Assembly: GCA_965202585.1 (NCBI GenBank) | Contig: CBDBBG010000038.1 | Coordinates: forward strand, 1-64,000 | Direction of reading: 5' to 3' | Length of the DNA: 64,000 bases | Source: Thalia democratica | Lineage: Eukaryota | Shown here: positions 50,001-64,000 of the stretch, in pieces | Numbering within the stretch: position 1 is the first letter of the stretch | How the letters are laid out: each line of letters starts with the position of its first letter | Notes under the pieces: generated by a model | Told to the model about the DNA's origin: nothing | Seen by the model: only the letters and a program-made list of their open reading frames with translations | Database searches by the model: none | Made by a program: the position numbers and the translations under genes

Positions 50001-53000
50001 TTCAGCTGTCAACCAAACTACGGCCTGATCAACTCGATATCGAGTTGTGGCCTCGACGGCAGATGGACGCCCGAGATCACGTGTGTTCGAGGTATGTATA
50101 TTTGCACGTGAAAAAATAAATTAAAAACAACTCATTTTTTTGTTTTTAAAGATTGCGGGAATCCAGACGAGATCGACAACGGATCTTTCCTGGTCAACGA
50201 AGAGTCGGATGAGTATCCTGAAGGTGAAGAGGAACTGTACAGCAGCAAGTATCCGCACCAGGTGACTTATTCTTGCAACCCGTTTCACTCGACGGTTCCC
50301 GGAAGCGAGATGGTGTTGAAATGCTCGAATACCAGCTTCACGTTTGAACCTGAGTTGCCGGTCTGCTTGCCAGGTGACCAAGTCGTATACAAATGTTTAA
50401 GCTCATGATTTGTACTAAATTTTATTAAAAGTTTTAATCGGTTTTTTAAAGTTTTAATGTTTCAATTTATTTTAAAACCACAGAGTGTTCAACCCCGCCA
50501 ACCAACAATTATTCCACGTTTGATTTTTTCATGAGCACTCACCGTGTCTACCTACCGCCGAACAGAATAAAGTACACTTGCGAAGCCGGCTACAGAACTT
50601 TGCCTTCAGGTCTCAGCGTGCTGCAGTGCGGTGATGACGGGGAATGGACATTTGATGATTTCAAAAGCTGCTACACTGGTTAGATTGTTGACTAGGTTTA
50701 TTTTGATGGCTTAAAAGTTAAAGTAAAACGGTCAGTTAAAAATATTGCTTAAGTAGTTATAGTATATTTTTATTCTACTAAAAGGTGATTACAAAACTTA
50801 ATATTATACTGCTTTAGTAATAATAAAAACATTTTTAAACAACGTTTTTGTAATTGGAACTATAAAAGATTACTTTAATTACATTGCGTTTTAAAAAAGT
50901 ATATTTCTAAAAGCTTTAATACGTCATTCACAATACTTTGAGCAGAGTGTAAACTTTTTTCATAAGTTTTTATATTTAAATAATACTAAACAAATTTAAA
51001 ACAGTTAAGCAAAAATTACGGAAAAAATACACAAATACTAATTAAAGTACATTAGTATAACTTTTTCCACAACTTTAATAGAAACAGAATGCAATTCTGC
51101 GCCCCCACAATTAGACAATGCAACTCAGCATTTCAAATGGCAGTATGAAGGGGTGCATCTTCCAGGCACGCAAGTCAATTATGTTTGCCAGAACGGCTTC
51201 ATCATGGCCCCGCAGTTTTTTCAGGGATTTGAATGCAGCGAAAATTCGTTAGAATACGACATTCCTCTCACAACCAGAGAGTCGTTTACTTCTGGTGCTT
51301 GCTATCCGGGTTAGGTTTCAGAATATATATATATTAATTAAAACTTCTTTTTTGCTTTTTTATTTTGTTTTTAAGTTTTTTCCCATTTTGAATTAACAAA
51401 ATTAACTGGAAATCTTCAGACTGTGGCGACTGGCCAGACATCCCGAATGGCAAACGGTTCACTGCGGATTCACAGTTTCTATCGGACTTGGTAGGAGAAA
51501 GACACGTTTTGATAATTTCATCCAACTATTTGTGCAACACAGGATATCTTTACACGAGCGCAAATAGCCTTGTAACATGCACTGATTCCTCAAAACCACT
51601 AGATGTTAAAAGTTGCTCTAGAGGTAATATTTTGTTTATAACTATTTATGAACAAAAACATAAACGTAACTAAAATTAAAAAAATAATATTTAAAAATCT
51701 AAACAAAGTTGAAAAGTGTATGTATTCCAGAATGTAAAAGTTTGCCAATTACAAGTATGGACTTTGCAACCGTCGAATATTACAAAAGGCCAAGGACAGA
51801 CATTAATGTGGGAGGAACAGAATTCAGATTTGTTTGCGACCAAGGGTACTTCCTCGTGGACCGTCCTGGCTCGTTGCGTGTGAGCTGTGAAAAGCTACGC
51901 GACGGTTTTCAAGAAGATCTAGGAATATGCGGAGTCATTGGTTTCAGGTGTGATCTTAATGGTATCTGGCACTCTTTGGAAAGATCGCGCTGCATTACAA
52001 GTAAATTTAACGTACTACTTTGAATTAAACACTAGTATTTTTTGCATCAAACTAGTTGGCATGTTTAGTAGTTGAGTGAAACGTGTTTAATGAATTTAAT
52101 TTAGGTTGTCTGACACCACCAAGCGACGATTTGGCAACTTGGAAAATTACCAGCACATATTGGGAAGGAAGACTGTTCACCGACACGGTTGTAGAGTACA
52201 CTTGTCCTGAAACCCACACGCTGACTAACTTCACTGATTCAACTCGTATATGTGGAAGAGACGGAAGTTGGAGCGATCCTGTTGCACCCAGCTGTATCCC
52301 TAGTAATATTCGTTATTATTTTTAGTGAACTCTAGTTTCCAGAGCTTATAGTTTTACCTCATTAAATACTTTTAAAGTAACGTGTTACAATACACATAAA
52401 ACTATTTTTCTTAGCTGTTAAATCTCACGTACGATGAAAATAAAAGTTTATGAACACTTTGGACACGCTACCAAAGTAAATTCTAAGGAGTGATATAGCT
52501 AACGTGTACTAAGTAATGATAATTATTGAGTATTTAATTTTCAGTTTTAAACCTTTATACTATCAATACTTCTTATGACAATCACTTCTGCATTAAAACA
52601 TACATATGGGAAATCAACTACTTTTTTTTGTAAAACTTACTAATTTACGCAGCTTAATGAGTTTAAGGACGTCTGCTTAAGTTTTGTGTTCAATTTAGCT
52701 AACTTTAAGTCTTTTGCATAAAAATTTGGCTTTTAGATGGAAGACAATATATCAAAAAAACTTAATTACTGTTTACAAAAAGTTTGCCTTCTTTGGCAAC
52801 AAATATAACTGTACCAAATATTGATTAGTTATAAAAGTTTTGAAAATTTCAACAAATTTCAGTTTGCGAACTGTTGCCAACTTCCATCGAGAACGGTCAA
52901 TTCCACCAGTTGACCGATCAGCATGCCAGCATGAAAGATGTAGAAGGAACAAGGAAGAGTTACGTTTGCGACGAAGGCTACCACCTGCTCATATCCTCTT

Positions 53001-55907
53001 ACTTTCCAGCTTCTTTTACATTCCACTGCAACCAACAAGTACCTCCGAATGCTGTGCAGTGGAATGAAGTCAGTTCTGGGAGCCAAGTGGCAAAACCGTT
53101 GTGCATTAAAAGTTGGTGTTTTTTTATTAAACGTTGTATATGAAAAGCAATATACGCCTTATTGATAAAAAATTTTCAGGACAATGTAAAGCGTATCAAA
53201 TAATAACGGATGCTCATTCGTACGATGAGGCAGTTGAAAGGTGCGACAATTTATCTGCAGACCTTCTTGGACCAACCCTTGACGATGTAGATTATGAAAA
53301 GTTTGTTTTAAAACACTTTGCTAACCCTACTACTTTTCTAGTTACGTTTTATAAAAAGAAAAAATTGCATTCAAAACGGTGATTGTTTATTTTCTATAAC
53401 ATTAAAAATGTAAACTTATACAACAGGTATTTGAAGGCTATAACTCAGCACATGAGTGATGAAAACTTCGAGTACACTTACATCTACGGAAAGCCAGAAT
53501 TGAGCGACACCTTTTTAAACTGGTGTTCAGGCTTCCCAAAACCTTCCGCCTCTTCGATCTGCTATTTCATCCGCACAAACGGCTTCTGCGTTGTTAATTT
53601 AGACTGTGAAAGCAAACGGCCGATTGTATGCGAAGTTGACCGCTTCGAGCTTAGGCCAAGAGAAGAGTCAAACTCATACCAGTTTGCCGACGATGCTTGC
53701 AGATCGGTAGAAGGTACCCTGATGTCTACGACTTTTTTCATCCCTGCTTATATGCCGTAAGTACTTTAGAGAAGTTATCTTTGTTTTTCTTGTTATTTGC
53801 ATTGACAAATTTCGGTACTTGAATAGTAGAAAACGGTAAGTTAAAACATTTTCAAACTGAAATGTTTATTTTTATTAAAGTTCACCTGAGTTGACAAGCC
53901 GAGCAAAAATAATAATAAGCCGTATTTTGAAAATAGTTATGTGAACATCTTTAAAATTTTACCACATTCATAGAGAACAATAATAAAAAACAAGGGTTTA
54001 TGTTGTCACAAAAACATTTTCTCAGGTCAAAATAGTTTTGCTAAACTTTTAAAAACTATACAAATAACTAATTTCTAGAGGTAACATTAAGCACTTAAAA
54101 TCTACATGTATTATACTATACCCAAATTACAGTCGAATAAAGAAGATCATAGACACATTACCAGGAAGCAAGATGTGGACTGGTTTGCAGCGACCCGGAT
54201 CCGATTATTCCGCAAACGACTTCGTCACCCTGCCCGACGGTAAAAGAATTCTGATATCTCAAATATCGCAGTTCTGCCGGCGCGAACCCGACAACTTCCA
54301 AAGCATTCAGCATTGCGTGGACTACAACCGAGATCGCGGCTGTTTGAGCGACTTCGGGTGCTACCAATCCTACCAGGCTTCAATCTGCGAAATTGCCGTC
54401 TGCTCAGCTCGAGACGCCAAAGTGCCAAATCTTCCTTACACGAGATGCAGCAGAGGAAGCTGGTACGTTTCAGCTGACAGATCAGAACGACTTGTCTGTT
54501 ACGCAGGTACAACAACTGTTTCAAATATCGTTTTAGTATTTTTTACTATCAATTTTGATTCTTCAGATGTTCAGCATTTGTTTTCAGACTTGTATACTAC
54601 AGTAGAATTATTTTAAGACTAAAAAACATGTTACTATGTAAATTTTTCTATATCGTTTTTCAACTTAATGTTTTTAAATTTCCGTAATTACTTAAATGAC
54701 AACTTATAATTTTTTATAATTTAGTACAATTTAGTAAATATATACACGTTTTCGTAAGTTAATTAGGATAAAAGTAAAGTTAAAAGTTGCTTAAAGCTTT
54801 CATGAGTTCATTCATGAGTTTAAAACTTAGAAAATATATTCAAATAGATAAGTATTGCTACCTAAGCTAAAATAAAAGTCAAACTGAATTAAGACTCAAG
54901 TAACAAATTGTATGAGTTTTGTCTACAATTATTTGTAATTGGACTATAAATGCAAGAAAAATAAGTACCGTTTTGAACTAAAATTATAATAACAGTATAA
55001 TAAGTGTATTTGCCACAAGCTCATATCAAGTGCTTTATATAAGTAATTAAAAGCTTATGATAAAAATTACGCACAAATTCTATTCAAAAAAGCCAAGCAA
55101 AGACTTTAAGCATGTAGCATTCTGTTTGTACATTTGTAGACAAACTACTTATTCAAAAAGAGATGAACTGATCCTTCTCTATATACAATTCATCAACGAC
55201 ATTACTTTATAAAACAGGATTTGACATCAAACTGACAACGGAAAAAGGAAGTTGGGAAGAAACAAGAGACATGTGCGAAGATATGGGAGGTCAACTGGTC
55301 CACAACACTTTGAAGAGATACGTTGGAAGACTTCGTACATCGTATAAGGAGTAAGTAGCTAAAGAATTTACTCAAGTTAAGTTGTGTATTGCTACTGAGC
55401 AAGTATAATGAACAAGTTTTTAAAATTTGGTATTATCCATTCAAGCTCATTAGATTGATTATTTTTATAAATCTTTTGATAAAACGTGTTTTGGACGTGG
55501 AATAAAACATGACACTTTAAATTTTTTTTTACCATTTCAAAATCTCATTGAGCATAAGTTTTTTCTACATTAATAAAATCTTAAATTAAATATTAAATAA
55601 TAAAAATTTTGAAATTTTTCACTTATTCAGTTTGGTGGAAGAAGCGATTGACAGCAACGATGTTTGGATCGGATGCCAGCGGGCCAAGGACAAAACTTTG
55701 AACAGCGAGTTCCAACTGTTGAACGGCGAATATTTGTTCGCTTCCCGCGCAAACCCGTTTGAACAGCTGCTCTACTATTGGTCGGCTTCAGTGCCACGTG
55801 ACACCGAGCTCGATCAAGCCGTTGTCATAAGGCACGAGAAAAAAGCGCTCGAAAAATTGCCCAAGTCACAAGAACTTTACGGGCTTTGTGAAATTGGACA
55901 TTATTGA
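47074..55907 (+). CDS. Multi-exon gene, copy B: 15 CCP + 3 C-type-lectin-like domains, probably secreted
   Basis: Same exon set as copy A, shifted by 41120-41133 (first CCP exon 47187-47387, stop 55907). It adds a 43-nt exon at 47074-47116 encoding a hydrophobic signal-peptide-like end, in frame with CCP1. About 17 exonic substitutions versus copy A were found by eye; no stops. Confidence 0.92.
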
Positions 55908-58900
55908 TTTATTCTGTTTTTATTTTTTTTATAAGTTAGTTTTTTCTATAAAATTCAAACTTGTATCAAATGATTTCTTCTAAAATTGTATAAGATTTAA
56001 ATTTTAAATTTAGATTTTATAACGATATTTATCGTTTATTTTTTGTCTAGTAGTATGTTTGATATATTAAGATATGGATAATTCAACAAATTAGAAATGT
56101 TCTGTTTTATTATATTTCAATTTTATTAAGCTTTGCATTTTGTTAAACTCCCGAAAACTAAATTTTATTTGTCAAACTTTCAAGTATTGGATTATAACAA
56201 TTTTATTATTGTGTACTTTGAAAAGTTTCACTTGAAACAAAAGTTGTTTTTTTACTTCGTTGTTTACTTATTATACTTTAGTTTTAAAGGTTTGATTTAT
56301 AATACTAAAGTTGTGGAGTGTATTAAGTAAAATTATATTTTTTAAATAATCATAAGTATTTCAAGTTTCTAATATAAACTATAAGCAAATATAAGACTTA
56401 AAATAGTTTTCTTAAGGACGCTACAGTTTAAAATAAAAAAGACAATTTTTTATAATCAAATTTACCCAAGGTAAGTATTAAATTTTAATATATGTTTCTT
56501 AACATTTTTAAGCTACTTAAAAATGTAGCAGTAAGTAAAGTTTTTGTATTAGAAAAACAAAAAAGACCTTGTGAGTAATTTTTGTGATAGTTTGTTTTAA
56601 CTATGACTTAGCATGTTTAAAAATATCACGAAGCAGCAAATATGTATAAATGTAATGAATAAAAACATAAAAAATTAATTGATCTTTTAGGTCAAAAAAA
56701 AGCTATGCTGTTTTCTTTAGTCTTAATAAAAAGTGTAATATGTAAAAAATCAAAAAAAAAAACTTAAGACTTTTTTAAATTGAATAAAAAATAAAAGTTT
56801 CTCTAAATTTATTCGAAACGTTTTGAACTTTATAAATAATAGAAAAGTAGAAAAATAAGTTGACTTTTAAGATCATGAAATTATTTTTTAATGTTTTGAT
56901 ATAATCGAAACAAAAAACTTATTATCTATAAAGCAAAAATAAACGTTTAAAATGTTTTTTTAACTGAATACGAACCTTAGGCTCAACTCCTTTATATTAT
57001 CTCAAAAATGTGTTTAATATTATAAAGAATACCCATGTAATAAAAATAGATGGGCTCTTATATACAAAAAAATGTAGTTTTTGTTTAATCTTAATAAAAA
57101 TTATTATACCTATGAAGTTAGATTATAATTTTTTTATCTAAACTTTTTATAAATCATAAGCTCAATTAAGTTTTTTTGAAACGTGTTTATTTTTATAAAT
57201 ATTATCAATTAAAAAATAGTTGAACTTTAGGTCACAAAGTTTTTTTTGATTACTCTATCTAAAAAAATTTGGTACTGAAAAACCAAGAAGTTTGAGCAAG
57301 ATCTTTTTTGTTAAAATTGAAAAAAGTTATAAGTGTAACAGATTAAATTAAAACTGAGTAAAAGTTAAAAAAAAGTTTTCAAAATGCACAAATATCTAAA
57401 AGCTTCTCTTTCCCACTATAATAATATTAAAAGTTGTTTATACTCCACCAAGTCGAAAACTATTTAAATTTGTTATAAAATCATGTAAACTTTTCCTTTT
57501 AAAATATAGTTTTACAAAAAAAAATGTTTTTTTATTTTAAGAAAATTAATATATCTTTTAAATATTGAAAAATATAAAATACTCGATATGACAACATGCA
57601 AGAAAAAAAAAAAAATAAATTCATCAATTTTGTTGTCTTCAAAATGTTGAATTGAATTAACAAAGTCTTAATTAATGTTTAAAAAAAGAAAATTTAAACT
57701 TATTTATGAAAATATAAGTAATCAAACTAAATAGTAACGCTAAAAAAAATAAGGAATTTTTCTTACTATGACGAAATATACCGATTGAATAAGCAATTAG
57801 CAAGGCCTTATAATCGTTCTACATAATGAAAATATGACAAACAATGTTGTCTGCTGTTTTTTTTTTTTTACTTTGAAGTATTTCAAACAACTCATATTGA
57901 TATTATGAATATTCTTGCGGTACGTTGTAAAAAAGTAGAACGAAAAATATATATTTGTAAAACTTTACATCGGAAAGCTACGAGAATTAGAATATGGTGT
58001 ATGTCTAGCTTTTAATGATTTAGTTTCTTAAACTTAGATCGTACATCTTAGAAAATAATTTAGTTAGTGGAACGTCATATACAATGTTTTTTCTAACAAA
58101 AATGCCAGCACGGACCAAAAGTTGTTTGATTTCGAAGGAAGAGTTCCAGAATTAGTTTACTATACCGCCTCAAATCTACTTGAACATAACGTTTTAAAAA
58201 AAAAATGTTTTAGATTTAAAACTCTTTATTTCTGGAAATCTAGCAATTCTGCTGGAAAGAATTATTTAAGCTTCCCGCCAAATTCTTGCGATTCAAAACG
58301 AATATTTACAATCTAAATACTTTAACAAACGCCGACACGTATTAAGAAAAAAAAGAATACTGAGGATTAACTAAGAAGTTCATTGTAACTTTTATAATAT
58401 TCATATACAAACTAGTTTTTAAAAAACGACATATTATTTTTTCGTAATATAAAATAGAAAAACGACTTTTAAGATAGTTATTGAAAAAACTTTTATCAAA
58501 ATATATTTATGAGTTATGTGAAAAAAAAAACATTTATTTTAAGCTTCTAAGTTTCGAAAAATAACTGTTACATGTTAATTAATGGTTTCAACTGCTGAGC
58601 TGATTTTAGTAACAAGTTTAGTTGGGTTACAAGTTGTTGAATATGTTATAACATTTTTTTATATTACAACGATTATTTTCAGGGAAAAAAAAACTTTTCA
58701 TTAGTTTTTATAATTTTACACTTGAAATTTTATGCTTACTTTGCAAATTTTAAGTTGTAACCCAAGACACATTTTACCCAATCTGATTTTTTTCTATAGA
58801 AAGTATATTATACTCTTTTTAGTCATTAAAAAACAATAAATTAAAAACCAAAATAAGTGATAGTTTTATAAAACTTATAAGTTTTTTAGTTTATTGAAAA

Positions 58901-59328
58901 CGATACAGAAATTGACATTCGGTAATATAGTCAAGGGAACTGATTTATGCTTAAATCTTTAAAAATATCAAAGAATTAAATTAATTAATAAACTCTAAAA
59001 ATTTTTATACTGTAGATAAATGATTAGAAGAATATCTACATAAGTGACTTGTTGCATTTGCATAAATAATGTGAGTAACTTTTTAACTTTTTTATAACTC
59101 TATTTCTAAAAGTTGGCATAATAGCTTTTAAAAAGTTATTTTACTGTATTAGTGCTGATTAAATGTTTTTGTTAAACGTGTTTTAAAAAGAATTTCTATA
59201 TTTTTTTTTTGGGTAGATCTCAGCACTTATAACAAAAGAAAAAGTATTCAAACTAACAATGTCATAAATATCACTTCATTTCAATTTTAACACAAAACTG
59301 TTAAATATTTTTAACAAAATTTATTTTT

Positions 59329-60144
59329 TCACCATTCCTTTATGTTCTTTTCCGAAGAAACGAATTCACCGTTCGGGGACTCCACCCCGGCCGGAAGCGT
59401 CGCCAGGTAAACGGGGGCTTCGGCGCCCTGATCGGGCGTCCTCGAGGCCTTATCCCCGCCCAAGTCCGTCTTCACCCATCCGGGGCACACCGCGTTGATT
59501 ATGACGTCACTACCCTTCAGCTTCCTGGCCCACACGAAGGTGAGCGCGGACATGCCGACCTTGGACATTCCGTACGGCTGCTCCACGAACCCGTCCTCCT
59601 TGCAAGTCCCCCTCCGGCAGCTCTCGACGAACTCCTCCATCTTCCCCGTCAGCTCCTCCTCCGTCAGCGTCTCCCTTCTGAAGAACTTTTGGTTCTCCTC
59701 GCTCAACTGCTTGAGGTACATGATGCTCAAAGTGCTGGACACGTTGACGATCCTGCCACCCTTCCTCACAATAGGAAACAGGATCCTGCTGATGTCGACG
59801 GTTCCAGTGTAGTTCGTCCTCACGCAGTCCTCCGCCTTTTTCACTAGCGGCGTCGCGTCGGTCGAGTTGTACGCGATGCCCGCGTTGTTCACGATGACGT
59901 CGATGCCCCCGTATTGTGACGTCATGAAGCTTTTGAGCCGCTCGATGCTCTTGACGTCGCAAACGTCCAATTCGTGGAACTGGGGGTAGAGTCCCTCTCT
60001 CTCAAGGGTCTTCACCGCCTCCCTGCCGCGCTGCTCGTTCCTGGACAGAATGAAGACGTCCCCGTCGAACTTCTGGCACAGCCCCCTGACGATGGCGAGC
60101 CCGATGCCCTTGTTGGAACCCGTTACTATGGCAACATTTGTCAT
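59329..60144 (-). CDS. CBR1: Carbonyl reductase [NADPH] 1-like SDR, intronless, 271 aa, copy B
   Basis: TGSNKGIG, AIVRGLCQ, NNAG, YGMSK, CPGWVKTD and NGEFVS all match the CBR1 consensus. 816-nt CDS from Met at 60144. Confidence 0.94.
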   Translation of the reverse strand: MTNVAIVTGSNKGIGLAIVRGLCQKFDGDVFILSRNEQRGREAVKTLEREGLYPQFHELDVCDVKSIERLKSFMTSQYGGIDVIVNNAGIAYNSTDATPLVKKAEDCVRTNYTGTVDISRILFPIVRKGGRIVNVSSTLSIMYLKQLSEENQKFFRRETLTEEELTGKMEEFVESCRRGTCKEDGFVEQPYGMSKVGMSALTFVWARKLKGSDVIINAVCPGWVKTDLGGDKASRTPDQGAEAPVYLATLPAGVESPNGEFVSSEKNIKEW

Positions 60145-61547
60145 AAATTTCTCGTGTTTAAAATTTATCTTTCTTAATTTAAAATTTTTAGATATTACAT
60201 TTATTAATAATAATATTTTCATTTATTTATCATAGTATATAATACTAAATACTTTTAAAAAAAAGAAAAGCAAAGTACATGTTGGAAAAATATATTATTT
60301 AACATGTTTTACTAACTAGTATTCTAATTAAATATTTTATACTATTGTTTCAAAAAGGAACAAAATTTTCAAAAGTACTGTGAATAGTCAGTTTGACTGT
60401 TAAAATATTACATCATATAACTTTTTTATGTAAAGTTACTAATTTTCGCGCAAATGAAAGTTACTATGAATAAAAATTTGTGCATAAAGCATTGAGTCCA
60501 ATAAACGTGTAAATAAGTGTTTATACTTAACACATACTATTTATTTAAATATGTAAAATTGTGAAATTTAAGTTACAACAAAAAAGGGTTGTTTTATTTT
60601 TGTATTAAATATAAATATTAAAACAGTTGTAAATAATTTTGAGATTTGTTCAGCATAGTTAGTTTGTTTTCAGGCAAAATTGTAATCTAACTGAATTTGT
60701 AAGTAATATATGTATTTAATAAAACTTTTTACGAACCGTCTCAATTTTACACACAAAACACTTTGAAAGGTCTTCTGTTTATTTATATAAACATTGTAAA
60801 TCGTGTTTGAAAAATTAACTACGAACTGATGGTAAAACTAACTAAGTTAATTAAGTTTGAATTTAAACAAAAAAAGCTTAGTTTACTTAACTTAAAAACT
60901 TGTAAGTCACTTTCATGTATATTTGTTTACAACTACTGTCAATACATGAAAATGAAAAGGCAGCACTTGTTGGTTATAAGTAAATAACTTAAAACCAGTG
61001 AATTTTGGTGGATCATAAACTAAATGTTCTGTTTAGTCTTGCTGTCTGAAGCCAGATTGTCAGTCAGACTTTTCTATACGCTTTACATTAAGACGGGCCA
61101 ACACTCTAGGGTTTTTCAAATATATAGTTTTATCATTTATGTTAACTTTGCGTAACAAAACACAAACTAATTTTTTACTAAAGTAAAGTATTATTAAAAG
61201 CTTGTAAACTAGACACTATTTAAATTTGAAAAGTAGATACAAATAAATAAAAATCAGAATCAATACGCTCAACGATTTAATTATAAAAAATTGATTTACT
61301 TTTTTGTAACTAAAAAAATATTCACTTTACTAGTCTAAACGGCAAGTGCAAAATAAATAAGTTGTGAAGCTGCCTAGCTAACCAACTTTCGGTTATAAAC
61401 GAAATAAAAACAAGCAAGTCGAGTAAATTAATGTTACATCTTTTACTGATTCTAAAGAACTTTCTGTTGTAATTAAAAGGTTTTTTTTTAATAAAAAATT
61501 TCTTCACAATTTTCCAACACAAACTACCATGCAAATGTAAAAAAATA

Positions 61548-61618
61548 TGCCACCAGCTGGATTCGATCCCGGTACACTCGAATGGTGATTTTCGTTTTAA
61601 CCACTCGACCATCATGGT
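61548..61618 (-). pseudogene. tRNA-derived SINE head or tRNA pseudogene, copy B
   Basis: Minus strand CCATGATGGTCGAGTGGTTAA...GGGATCGAATCCAGCTGGTGGCA contains A and B boxes but no foldable anticodon arm. Confidence 0.55.
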
Positions 61619-64000
61619 TGATTTAATTAACTCTTGTAACGATTATATACTTAGTTTTTATCATCATGTTATGAATATTTGTTGCTTTACCATCACATAA
61701 AACCCATTAGAAAATGAACAATTTTCTCTGATACAAGAGATTTTTTCAAATAAATACTCTTATTTTGTGAAATAAAGCGACATTAAAAAAAAATAAAGTA
61801 TTTAAGCACAGACTAAACTCCTCTTAGTTAAGCCAGTTAATGTTATTCTTTTGAAAACTTAATATACGTGTTTACAATAAGAAGTTTTGTATACAATTAT
61901 ATTTTTTGTTTACAATCATATTCTAAACTGAGAAAACAAAATACTTAATTTTTATAGTATAAAATAAAAGCCGAAAAAGTGGTTGATGGCTACAGCGAAC
62001 AAACAACTTTGTGGTTGTTGCAATATAAACATAACAATTGAAATACATACTGAAATATGGAATTACAAGTAAAAAATAAACAGATACTTATTAGTATAAC
62101 AATTATAATAATATACAGTGTAATTGTTGCTCGACACTTCTTTTACAAATAGTCAAAGAACATCTTTCTTCAAGTGTTAATTAATAGAATTCTGTCTTAA
62201 AATTACATTAGCAAATTCACTAACAGTATAAATAGCATATAAGAATGTAAACTTTCTTTAATTTCAAAATTGTTTGTTATGATTCTATTAACAATAATAT
62301 GAATGTGTTGAAAACTAAGTTTAGTAGGTTTATCTTAGTTATGGTAATGAAAACTTTATTTTAAGGTAATTATAAAATTGAATTCTTTAAAAAAATAAAC
62401 TTATACTTTTCAAAACTTCATAGTGAAAAAAAAAAGTTTTTTACAGATGAACTAAAGCTTTGTCAAAGGTTAATAGACTAAAACAGAAACGATTTACTAC
62501 TTGCGATTTTTTAAAAGCTGAAAATTAGCTTAAGTTATGTAGTAAAAACAGTTTGATATAAGTAATTTTACTTTGATAAAGTTGTTTTTTACCTTGAGAC
62601 AAATACTTCTAAACAAATAGATAACTTTAAGTGTAAAACCAGTAATTAATCAAAAATAAAACAAAAGCTTTATTCATTTTATTGAGTTTTTTTTTTGAAA
62701 ACTTGTAATCTAAAATTTAATAAAAATATCAACTTTCTTTGCTTTAAGTTCTTGAACTTTTTCTTTTAAACAATTAATCAGCTTGAATTCATACTATATT
62801 ATTTACAAAATAAAGTAATTTATTTTAGGCAAGTGATACAGAGTCAATTTTTTAATAACACAGCTTTTTTCGTTTTATTTTATTTCATGTTTGAGCAATG
62901 TTTTGTAATATTGATTTTCGTAAGGACTTGTTTTGCAATAAACTTAAAACTTTTATAATGTATGGAAATCTCCTTTGAAAATATTTTTCCGTGGTGAATT
63001 TAAAAATTAAAACTAGTCTAATGTTTTTTTTTTTAAAATAAATTGCTTTTTAAGCTTATCAGTGGAAGAATTTTTTTAAGAAAGTTGTTAAAGTGAAAAT
63101 GTTGTTAAAAAATACTTTCAAAAAATTCTCTACAATAGTAAGTAACTTAAAAAAAACTTATAATGAAAATGCAGTTTGTAAGCTATTAAATAAACTAAGC
63201 AAGGAAAAATATGTCTTAAACAATATTATAATAATAACTATATTTTTTAATCTTAAGTATTGTTGTACTTTACTAAACTTATTTAACTAGTAACTATTAC
63301 TTTTTGTTTTAGAACTTTATCGTAAAAAAGATATTGTTTTAAATAAATTACAAATGAATTAACATTAATGTTAATCAAATATTTTAAACTCTACTTACAA
63401 GGAAAATGATTTTAAAGAACTTTTTGAAAGTTTTTTTTTGTTTTTTGACTTTGAAAATGATTGTAAATTATTTTTGCTGTGTATAAGTAAAAACCGTTAG
63501 CTTAAACAACTTTGTTTAACTATTTAATTACAAATCTAGAATATCAATTAAAAACTAAATGCCACAAGGCTAATTTTTTCGTAAAAAATATGTAAAATCT
63601 TTAAATGCTCGTTTTGACCTAAAACTATGAAAAAAATCGTTTAAAAGGGTGTGCTTTTTTTAAATTTATATTTCTTTATCTTTTTTAATATTAATTTTAG
63701 AGTAGAATATTAGGTTATCGTCATTATTATATTTATCGTTATATTAAGAAAAAAAATATTTTACCTTATAGTAAATAAGATTCATACCAAAGATAGTTAT
63801 ACAGTGTTAATTAACTTCTAAATTTATAGTTGTTTGAATTAAGATACGATAACTCAGTTTTAAGAAATATTCTGTTAATTTATAAAATACTTTAAGATTA
63901 CGAGAATCTAATAAAAAAACAAAGATTTTATAGTGTAAGCTTTACGCGGTTAAACTTTACAGATTCTATTTCATTTTAACATTTTTATAAAAAATGAATT

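Larger units (their letters stand above)
37303..64000 (+). repeat. Segmental duplication, copy B (extends beyond the right edge)
   Basis: Collinear with 1..22858. About 3.8 kb longer through a 0.41-kb triplication, extra sequence at ~43020-44480 and retention of ~45200-46950. Could be a true tandem duplicate or two haplotypes assembled in tandem. Confidence 0.97.

Overview
AT-rich metazoan genomic DNA with short introns; tunicate-like is a weak inference. Most of the window is a tandem segmental duplication: 1..22858 recurs at 37303..64000, with the offset growing from 37.3 to 41.1 kb. Each copy carries four things. (i) A dead Penelope-like retroelement (RT + GIY-YIG, minus strand). (ii) An unclassified hairpin-rich element containing a loop-less perfect palindrome of 112-114 bp. 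(iii) A plus-strand gene of about 20 exons encoding 15 Sushi/CCP modules followed by three C-type-lectin-like domains. (iv) An intronless, very GC-rich carbonyl reductase (CBR1-like SDR) on the minus strand. Between the copies lie MITEs, a ~1.1-kb repeat (~2.3 copies) and a six-unit ~1.8-kb tandem array with an exon-like core. The most striking signal is the palindrome element. Its two copies have diverged strongly, yet each palindrome is perfectly symmetric with nearly the same arm length (56 vs 57 bp). They are accompanied by covarying GAAA-tetraloop and G.U-containing hairpins that pair best on the minus strand. All alignments and percentages were made by eye; no database searches were run.
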